Source: an uncultured Ruminococcus sp. (GTDB lineage: Bacteria; Bacillota; Clostridia; Oscillospirales; CAG-272). Taken from it: a DNA stretch of 64,000 nucleotides. This document shows, in pieces, positions 8,213 to 14,781 of the stretch (its first letter is position 1; each line of letters begins with the position of its first letter). The stretch is taken from NCBI GenBank assembly GCA_964457685.1, contig CAYWFS010000001.1:12878-76877 (forward strand), written 5' to 3'. The notes below the pieces were generated by a model, which saw only the letters and a program-made list of their open reading frames with translations, made no database searches and was not told where the DNA came from. The position numbers were made by a program, and so were the translations under genes.

Positions 8213-9838
8213 ATGTCTATGTACACAGGACAGATGTATGAATCCATGAAAAAGGTGGAGGCTGCCAGAGAAGCGAATACCGTCCTCGAACCCCGCAGAA
8301 TGACTGCCGAGGAAAAGGACACGCTCCTTCAAACTTACCACCCCGACTATAAACAGTCGGAATTTGCAAACCTCAAGGTCGGAGTTAACGCAGGCGAAAA
8401 GGTTCCTCATGAGCTTGCGGCACTTCTCGAAGCACATTCCAGAATTACAGCTTCCGATGTTGACCTTAATAAGGTAGACTACGACGTTGACGTTCTCATT
8501 ATCGGTGGTGGCGGTGCAGGTGCATCTGCTGCTATCGAAGCCGACAACAACGGTGCTAAGACTATGATAGTTACTAAGCTCCGTATCGGCGACGCTAACA
8601 CAATGATGGCTGAAGGCGGTATCCAGGCGGCAGATAAGCCTAACGACAGCCCTGCTATTCACTACGTTGACGCTTTCGGTGGCGGTCACTTCGCAGCTAA
8701 GCCCGACCTTCTTTACAAGCTCGTAAATGAAGCTCCCGATGCTATTAAGTGGCTCTCCGACCTCGGCGTTGAATTCGATAAGACTGCCGACGGTACTATG
8801 GTTACAACCCACGGTGGCGGTACCTCCAGAAAGAGAATGCACGCCGCTAAGGACTATTCCGGTGCCGAAATTATGAGAACTCTCCGTGACGAAGTTTTCA
8901 ACCGCGGTATTCCGGTAGTTGACTTTACCTCCGCAGTTGAACTTATCCTCGATGAGAACGGTAAGTGCGGCGGTGCAGTCCTCATGAATATGGAAACAGG
9001 CGAACTTCTCGTAGCTCGTGCTAAGACCGTTATTCTTGCTACAGGTGGTGCAGGAAGACTTCACTACCAGGGCTTCCCGACTTCCAACCACTACGGTGCT
9101 ACTGCCGATGGTCTTATCCTCGGTTACAGAGTAGGTGCAAAGCTTCTTTACGCTGATACACTTCAGTATCACCCCACAGGAGCCGCATATCCCGAGCAGA
9201 TTTTCGGTGCTCTCGTTACGGAAAAGGTTCGTTCTCTCGGTGCAAAGCTCGTTAACGCTAACGGTGAAGTATTCATGAATCCTCTTGAAACCCGTGACGT
9301 TTCCGCAGCTTCCATCATTCGTGAATGCACAGCAAGAGGTAACGGTGTTCATACTGCCGACGGTGTTGGTGTATGGCTCGATACTCCTATGATTGAGATT
9401 AAGGGCGGCGAGGGTACTATCGAAGCGAGAATCCCCGCAATGATGAGAATGTTCGGCAAGTACGGCATCGACATCAGAAAAGAGCCTATCCTCATTTACC
9501 CCACACTTCACTACCAGAACGGCGGTCTTGACATCGCTCCCGACGGTATGACAGGCGTTGAAAACCTCTACGCTGCCGGTGAAGTTGTCGGCGGTATCCA
9601 CGGAAGAAACAGACTTATGGGTAACTCCCTCCTCGACGTTATCGTATTCGGTAGAAACGCAGGTAAGTTCGCTTCCGAAAAGTCCAAGTCCGTTGAAGTA
9701 GGTAAGCTCACTCTCGAGCATATCGAAAAGTTCTCCAAGGAACTCAGTGATGCGGGAATCGACACAGACGTTAAGTCTCCTAAGCTCCTTCCTACATACA
9801 CACACGGCAATCCCAACATCACAAAGGCTCCTTTCTGA
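8213..9838 (+). CDS. Fumarate reductase / succinate dehydrogenase flavoprotein-like subunit (FAD_binding_2 family)
   Basis: 541 aa with DVLIIGGGGAGASAAIEA, QYHPTG, ETRDV and RNRLMGNSLLD motifs, as in FrdA/SdhA/NadB. It follows the FrdB-like gene by 17 nt. Confidence 0.75.
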   Translation: MSMYTGQMYESMKKVEAAREANTVLEPRRMTAEEKDTLLQTYHPDYKQSEFANLKVGVNAGEKVPHELAALLEAHSRITASDVDLNKVDYDVDVLIIGGGGAGASAAIEADNNGAKTMIVTKLRIGDANTMMAEGGIQAADKPNDSPAIHYVDAFGGGHFAAKPDLLYKLVNEAPDAIKWLSDLGVEFDKTADGTMVTTHGGGTSRKRMHAAKDYSGAEIMRTLRDEVFNRGIPVVDFTSAVELILDENGKCGGAVLMNMETGELLVARAKTVILATGGAGRLHYQGFPTSNHYGATADGLILGYRVGAKLLYADTLQYHPTGAAYPEQIFGALVTEKVRSLGAKLVNANGEVFMNPLETRDVSAASIIRECTARGNGVHTADGVGVWLDTPMIEIKGGEGTIEARIPAMMRMFGKYGIDIRKEPILIYPTLHYQNGGLDIAPDGMTGVENLYAAGEVVGGIHGRNRLMGNSLLDVIVFGRNAGKFASEKSKSVEVGKLTLEHIEKFSKELSDAGIDTDVKSPKLLPTYTHGNPNITKAPF

Positions 9839-9854
9839 GTCTTAATATAAATAA

Positions 9855-9895
9855 AAAGATTTGCTCTGAAAAATCGGGCAAATCTTTTTTGTTTT
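9855..9895 (+). terminator. Rho-independent terminator of the hdr-flx-frd operon
   Basis: AAAGATTTGC (9855-9864) pairs with GCAAATCTTT (9878-9887) and is followed by a T-run. Confidence 0.8.
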
Positions 9896-9919
9896 GTAAG
9901 TAAACCACCTCGTATAAGC

Positions 9920-9948
9920 TTGATATTGATCGTGCAAAGTGGTATAAT
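9920..9948 (+). promoter_or_regulatory. Sigma-A-type promoter for the riboswitch-controlled operon
   Basis: TTGATA (9920-9925), a 17-nt spacer, then TATAAT (9943-9948), with TGG immediately upstream of the -10 (TGn extended -10). Confidence 0.6.
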
Positions 9949-9954
9949 ATCATG

Positions 9955-10175
9955 GATGCAGAGGTACTCTTAGCTGAGTTCAAACCGGAAACAGGTGAAA
10001 ATCCTGTACGAGCCCGTCACCGTGAATCACGTCAAACCGTCATATCGAGAAGATCGCACTCGAGCCATTGGGAAACCGAGAAGGCATGACGGGAAATATC
10101 CGTGTAAGTCGGGATACCTGCCTCGAACCTGCTGTAATTTGCGAGTGCCGACAGAAATAATTCTGACAGCAGGGC
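9955..10175 (+). promoter_or_regulatory. Cobalamin (B12) riboswitch
   Basis: The conserved core elements are present in order: AGGTGAAAATCCTG, GAGCCCGTCACCGT, GCCATTGGGAAACCGAGAAGG and the B12-box AAGTCGGGATACCTGCC (10106-10122). A 3' helix pairs CCTGCTGT with ACAGCAGG (10166-10173). Confidence 0.85.
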
Positions 10176-10213
10176 ATTAAAAACAATCTTAACTTTTTAA
10201 GGAGAAATCAAAA

Positions 10214-10624
10214 ATGAAAAAACAGTTTAAAGCTATTTTTAAGTTTTCCGCTGTTGTAATGCTCATTGCGATCATGGCATTTACATTTATTTCCTGCGAT
10301 AAGGAAAATAACGATGTCAACACGGAAGCAATCACTATCGTAGTTGAGGTGATAAACAAGGCAGGCGAATCGTCTGAATTTGATGTTACCACTACGGGAA
10401 CAACACTTGCGGATGCACTTCTCGAAGCAAATCTGGTTGAGGGAACGAACGACGAATACGGTCTCTATATCACAACAGTAAACGGCGAAGTTGCGGACTA
10501 CAGTGCAGACCAGTCCTATTGGGCAATCTCCAAGGACGGCGAATATCTTATGACAGGTGCTTCCTCTACCGATATTGCCGACGGAGAGCATTACGAGCTT
10601 ACATACACAGTTTACGGTAACTGA
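10214..10624 (+). CDS. DUF4430-like lipoprotein (transcobalamin-like small domain; candidate surface corrinoid binder)
   Basis: 136 aa. Signal peptide with lipobox FISC, then a C-terminal YGLYITTVNG...YWAISKDGEY...DGEHYELTY pattern typical of DUF4430. AAGGAG Shine-Dalgarno sequence; the gene sits directly behind the B12 riboswitch. Confidence 0.7.
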   Translation: MKKQFKAIFKFSAVVMLIAIMAFTFISCDKENNDVNTEAITIVVEVINKAGESSEFDVTTTGTTLADALLEANLVEGTNDEYGLYITTVNGEVADYSADQSYWAISKDGEYLMTGASSTDIADGEHYELTYTVYGN

Positions 10625-11148
10625 TGAAATCTCACGCAAAAATAAAAAGCATGATTGTGTTCTCAATGCTGGGGGCACTCATGCTTGCCTCGAAGCTTGC
10701 ACTTGAATTTCTGCCGAATATCCATCCGCTTGCGATGTTCGTTATGGTTTTTACCGTTGTTTATCGCTTTAAGGCACTGATACCGATATATATGTTCGTG
10801 CTTCTTTCCGGACTTTATTACGGATTTCAGCTGTGGTGGATGCCTTATCTCTACATATGGACGTATATGTGGGCGGTAACGATGCTTCTGCCGAAAAATA
10901 TGCCGAGAAAGGTCGCCGTTATAGTATATCCTCTTGTATGTGCGTTTTTCGGACTCACCTACGGAACGGTATACGCACCTGCTCAGGCAATAATGTTCGG
11001 GTATGATTTTCCGACAATGATAAAGTGGATAATAGCCGGACTTCCGTGGGATGTGCTTCACGGACTCGGAAACCTCGGTATGGGTCTTCTGGTGTATCCG
11101 CTTTCAAGAACGCTTATGCGACTTGAGAAAAAAGGCAATATTGTGTGA
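10624..11148 (+). CDS. Small polytopic membrane protein, ECF-type S-component-like (candidate corrinoid capture subunit)
   Basis: 174 aa with about five or six hydrophobic helices. Its start overlaps the stop of the DUF4430 gene (CTGATG). The functional call comes from context and size only. Confidence 0.55.
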   Translation: MKSHAKIKSMIVFSMLGALMLASKLALEFLPNIHPLAMFVMVFTVVYRFKALIPIYMFVLLSGLYYGFQLWWMPYLYIWTYMWAVTMLLPKNMPRKVAVIVYPLVCAFFGLTYGTVYAPAQAIMFGYDFPTMIKWIIAGLPWDVLHGLGNLGMGLLVYPLSRTLMRLEKKGNIV

Positions 11149-11156
11149 ATAAAATA

Positions 11157-11210
11157 AAAGAGTTGCTTTTCTCTTGATTAACGGAGACTAAAGCAGCTCT
11201 TTCTTTTTTA
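11157..11210. terminator. Bidirectional rho-independent terminator between convergent genes
   Basis: AAAGAGTTGCTTT (11157-11169) pairs with AAAGCAGCTCTTT (11190-11202), with one G-U pair. An A-run lies upstream and a T-run downstream. Confidence 0.7.
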
Positions 11211-11348
11211 TTTGTTTTTTCTGTTTTTGATTATAGTAAGAAGCACAAGAACAATAAGTCCGACTCCGGATACACAAAGCATAAGTATTATTTTATATAA
11301 GCTGTCTCCCGTGAGAGGGGAAGACATCAGATAACTCAGAAATGTCAT
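11208..11348 (-). CDS. 46-aa small membrane protein (not in the ORF track): MTFLSYLMSSPLTGDSLYKIILMLCVSGVGLIVLVLLTIIKNRKNK
   Basis: The ATG at 11348 lies 5 nt after GAGG and 8 nt after the stop of the upstream gene. The product has a hydrophobic helix and a basic tail. Translated by hand. Confidence 0.35.
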   Translation of the reverse strand: MTFLSYLMSSPLTGDSLYKIILMLCVSGVGLIVLVLLTIIKNRKNK

Positions 11349-11355
11349 TTTGACC

Positions 11356-11925
11356 TCACTTGTCTCCTCGGCGGTAACAGTAAAGAGGATATTTTATGTT
11401 TCCGATAGAGCGTATGTATGCAAAGGTTTTTTCCTCACCCTCGCTTGCAAGCATTTTCAGCCATTTTTCAAGTATGCAGGCGGTGCAGGGGTGCATTATA
11501 TCTCCTCCGCTGTGCTTTTTTGAAAGGTAATATTCAAGAGGGGAAGAGTCGGTGTAGCTCTTTCCCAGATATATCTTTGAAGCGGCAACACGGTCACAAA
11601 ACGTCTCCTTGAGATAGGGAAGCGGCATTTTCACAGGCTCATAATGCTTGGTTTTGGTGCTTATGTCGAACCAGTATTCAAAATGGTGCTTGTTTCTTCC
11701 CTTGTGGTGTAGCCATGCTATGGAGTAGCCCCTTGTCTCACGCTCATGCTCATTCGGACTGCGTTTGCCCTCCTCGTAATTGAGAATACCCGGAATCAGC
11801 TCCGACGGAGAGTATTTTGAAAGGTCGTGAAGAAGTCCGTTTATCGGAATCCCCGCCTTGAAGCAGTTTTTCATTACAAGATTGCGGTGGCGTGTTATCG
11901 TTTTGACGTGACCTTTGATATTCAT
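11356..11925 (-). CDS. Conserved hypothetical protein (resembles the DUF5662 family; LHDLSK...HH motifs)
   Basis: 189-aa ORF with coherent composition. The family assignment is from memory only. Confidence 0.55.
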   Translation of the reverse strand: MNIKGHVKTITRHRNLVMKNCFKAGIPINGLLHDLSKYSPSELIPGILNYEEGKRSPNEHERETRGYSIAWLHHKGRNKHHFEYWFDISTKTKHYEPVKMPLPYLKETFCDRVAASKIYLGKSYTDSSPLEYYLSKKHSGGDIMHPCTACILEKWLKMLASEGEEKTFAYIRSIGNIKYPLYCYRRGDK

Positions 11926-12064
11926 ACTTTCCTCGACTGTACTAAGTTTGTTTTTATGATATTATCGCATAAATTTATCGATAATTCAATAGCAAAAAGG
12001 ATTTTTATGTCGGATAAAATAAAAACCGCACACCGAGAGCTTTTTCGGAGGCGGCTGTTAAAGC

Positions 12065-12766
12065 TTATTCAAAATGAGTTGATGTGCCGGGGTTCATTTT
12101 TATTATCTTTGAACGGTAGTCACGGGAGATGGGGTCGTACATGAGGTCGTCCACTATCTTCGAGGAACCGAAAAAGTGCATGGGAATAGCGTGCTTTATC
12201 TTGAACTGACGCATATAGTAGTCAAATCCGAGAAAAGAATACATTCCCTGACGTGTGTCGAGAGGTATGAACGCAGTATCTATTCTGAAGCCACGCAGTC
12301 CCTTTGTATACTCGCGAAACATCGTTGTCATTTCCCATACGTCCGACTCTCTCATGCCCTCCCAGAGCCACAAATTGAGGTCTCCTGCGTGATATATGTT
12401 TCTGCTGTTGAGTCCGCAAAGGAATGCAACTCCACGGTCGGTTGAAGGCAGCGTTTTGAGACGGAATTTTCCCTCAAGTCTTATATCCATTCCGGGGTCA
12501 ACCGATATGTAGTCGAAATGTCCGTGTGACTCTACTTCACGACGTGGAATATCCGAGGAAATAATGTATCTGACCGACGGATGCTCCTTGGCAAGACGGA
12601 AAACTTCGGGATTGTAGTGATCCTCGTGAATGTGACTTACGAATACGTAAAGCTTTTTCTTCATTGCAAGAGGCGGAAGCTTTCCTTCGGAGTAGTCGAA
12701 AATGAGCATATGTGTCTCCGATTCGAGTGAAAAACCGCTGTGTCCGATGTTGTTTATAACGATCAT
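12065..12766 (-). CDS. MBL-fold metallo-hydrolase
   Basis: 233 aa with a metal-binding motif SHIHEDH and a downstream YHAGD. Confidence 0.75.
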   Translation of the reverse strand: MIVINNIGHSGFSLESETHMLIFDYSEGKLPPLAMKKKLYVFVSHIHEDHYNPEVFRLAKEHPSVRYIISSDIPRREVESHGHFDYISVDPGMDIRLEGKFRLKTLPSTDRGVAFLCGLNSRNIYHAGDLNLWLWEGMRESDVWEMTTMFREYTKGLRGFRIDTAFIPLDTRQGMYSFLGFDYYMRQFKIKHAIPMHFFGSSKIVDDLMYDPISRDYRSKIIKMNPGTSTHFE

Positions 12767-12956
12767 TGCTTCCTCCCTTTGCCGATTTAAAGATATACGG
12801 TAATATTATACCACTGTCGGAGGATATATTCAAGAGATGAAAGTATTTTATTTTTGAAGCTTTTAATTCCCGATTTACTCTTTACTTTTTAATCAAAATG
12901 TGGTATGATTAAGAATAGTGAAAAAATAAAAACGTATAACTTGAAAAGGAAGTATC

Positions 12957-14033
12957 ATGGGAATACAGTTTAACGAAATTCTTCAGCATTTTGATCTTAC
13001 TATCGAGCCTTCAAACTACGGTAACGGTCACATCAACGACACATACATAGTTCACTCCAAGCCCGACTATATTCTTCAGCGAATCAATAAGAATACTTTC
13101 ACAAATCCTCCGGAACTTATGGAAAACATCAAGGGTGTTACAGAGTTCCTCAGAAATAAGATTGTAGAAGCAGGCGGCAACCCCGACAGAGAAACACTTA
13201 CACTCATATATACTACAGACGGCCTCCCTTATTATCACCACACAGACGGCGAATACTACCGTATGTATAAGTTCATTGACGGTGCAAAGTCCGTTGACGT
13301 TATCGAAAATCCTGACCAGCTCTATCATGCGGCTCGTGCTTTCGGTAAGTTCCAGAGAATGCTTGCCGATTACCCTGCTGAGAAGCTCCACGAAACCATT
13401 GTTGACTTCCACAACACCGTTGTAAGATACGAACAGTTCAAGACAGCTCTCGCAGAAGATAAGTCCGGCAGAGCAGCTACAGCTCAGGAAGAAATCAAGT
13501 TCGTTCTCGACCGTGAGCAGGACGCAGGTGTAGTTGTTAACGCTATTAAGGAAGGCAAGATTCCGCTCAGAGTTACTCATAACGACACAAAGATAAACAA
13601 CGTCCTCCTCGACAACGCTACAGGCGAAGGTGTTTGCGTTATCGACCTTGACACAGTAATGCCCGGCTCCCTCCTTTACGATTACGGTGACGCTCTCCGT
13701 TCGGGCGGTTCCAGCGGTGCGGAGGATGAAAAGGATCTCGATAAGATCTTCTTCAGAGTTGATAACTTTACCGCATTCACAAAGGGCTTCCTCGAAGAGC
13801 TTACAACAATTACAGACGAAGAGCTTGCACTTCTTCCGTTCTCCATTAAGCTCATGACTCTCGAGTGCGGCTCCAGATTCCTTGCAGACTACTTAAACGG
13901 CGATACATACTTCAAGACAAAGTATCCCGAACACAACCTTGTAAGAGCAAGAACACAGTTCAAGCTTGTTCGTGATATTGAAGAACACATGGATGAACTC
14001 AACAAGATCGTTCATGAGCTTGCAGGAAGATAA
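12957..14033 (+). CDS. nahK: N-acetylhexosamine 1-kinase (NahK/LnpB-like, APH-type phosphotransferase fold)
   Basis: 358 aa. PLRVTHNDTKINNVLLD, IDLDTVMPGSLLYDYGDALR and ECGSRFLADYLNGDTYFKTKYPEHNLVRARTQFKLV closely follow the Bifidobacterium NahK sequence as I recall it. Confidence 0.75.
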   Translation: MGIQFNEILQHFDLTIEPSNYGNGHINDTYIVHSKPDYILQRINKNTFTNPPELMENIKGVTEFLRNKIVEAGGNPDRETLTLIYTTDGLPYYHHTDGEYYRMYKFIDGAKSVDVIENPDQLYHAARAFGKFQRMLADYPAEKLHETIVDFHNTVVRYEQFKTALAEDKSGRAATAQEEIKFVLDREQDAGVVVNAIKEGKIPLRVTHNDTKINNVLLDNATGEGVCVIDLDTVMPGSLLYDYGDALRSGGSSGAEDEKDLDKIFFRVDNFTAFTKGFLEELTTITDEELALLPFSIKLMTLECGSRFLADYLNGDTYFKTKYPEHNLVRARTQFKLVRDIEEHMDELNKIVHELAGR

Positions 14034-14063
14034 ACATAACCGAATATAAAACCTTGTAAAAAT

Positions 14064-14091
14064 GCTCGTCTGGAAAAAAACGGGCTTTTTG
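14064..14091 (+). terminator. Weak rho-independent terminator after nahK
   Basis: GCTCGT (14064-14069) pairs with ACGGGC (14080-14085), including one G-U pair, then TTTTT. Confidence 0.45.
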
Positions 14092-14123
14092 CAATTTATA
14101 ATGAAATTTTAAAGGAATAATAT

Positions 14124-14762
14124 ATGGCTGATATTTTCGAGCTGTTTAAGAAGATAAAGACAGACTCCGTGCAGGAGAGCGGTGCGATAGAATTTATTAT
14201 TGTCGGTCTCGGCAACCCCGGTGACAAATATACATTTACAAGACATAACGCAGGATTTTTGTGTGCGGACTATCTGTCACAGAAGCTTTCATGCCCGATA
14301 AAAACTCTTAAATTCAAATCGCTTTACGGAACAACAAGCATCGGCGGACACAGGGTACTCCTTATGAAGCCGCAGACCTTTATGAATAACTCGGGTGAAG
14401 CGGTAAAGGAAGCGGCGGATTTTTATAAGATAGCTCCCGACCACATAATCGTTATAAGCGATGATATAAACCTTGCCCCCGGTAGAGTCAGAATCAGAAA
14501 GAACGGCTCTCACGGAGGACAAAACGGACTTAAAAGTATAATCAATCACCTCGGAGACGATAATTTTACAAGAATACGTATCGGTGTCGGAGAAAAGCCG
14601 AATCCCGAATATCCGCTTGCCGATTGGGTTCTCGGAAGAATCGCAAAAGAGGACGAGGAGAAAATGTTCTCGATATTCGGAGTTGTGCATGATGCACTGC
14701 CCCTTATACTCGATGGTAAAACAGACGACGCTATGGGCAAATGCAATGGAGTCAGATTCTGA
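14124..14762 (+). CDS. pth: Peptidyl-tRNA hydrolase
   Basis: GLGNPGDKYTFTRHNAGF N-terminal signature; 212 aa; sits upstream of mfd as in many Firmicutes. Confidence 0.9.
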   Translation: MADIFELFKKIKTDSVQESGAIEFIIVGLGNPGDKYTFTRHNAGFLCADYLSQKLSCPIKTLKFKSLYGTTSIGGHRVLLMKPQTFMNNSGEAVKEAADFYKIAPDHIIVISDDINLAPGRVRIRKNGSHGGQNGLKSIINHLGDDNFTRIRIGVGEKPNPEYPLADWVLGRIAKEDEEKMFSIFGVVHDALPLILDGKTDDAMGKCNGVRF

Positions 14763-14781
14763 TTAAAAGAAAAGAGGGAAA

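Noticed and set aside
8168-9805. 545-aa minus-strand ORF opposite the FrdA-like gene. The same pattern appears at 5759-6607, 6667-7491, 7572-8075, 18467-19489, 34601-35731, 43454-44422, 51090-52061 (plus strand), 52449-53033 (plus strand) and 55113-56036.
   Set aside because: Each one mirrors a confidently identified gene on the other strand, has no family motifs and has skewed composition. All are treated as shadow ORFs.
8213-9838. Reading the flavoprotein as L-aspartate oxidase (NadB) or APS reductase (AprA) instead of a fumarate reductase subunit.
   Set aside because: It is translationally adjacent to an FrdB/SdhB-type 2Fe-2S plus 4Fe-4S subunit, whereas NadB has none and AprB is a different ferredoxin type. 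The operon also follows fumC. This is not formally excluded without phylogeny and is listed as a refutation route in the finding.
9995-10180. 61-aa plus-strand ORF between the frd terminator and the DUF4430 gene.
   Set aside because: It lies entirely inside the cobalamin riboswitch core, including the B12-box, and has no Shine-Dalgarno sequence. The conserved RNA motifs explain the region.
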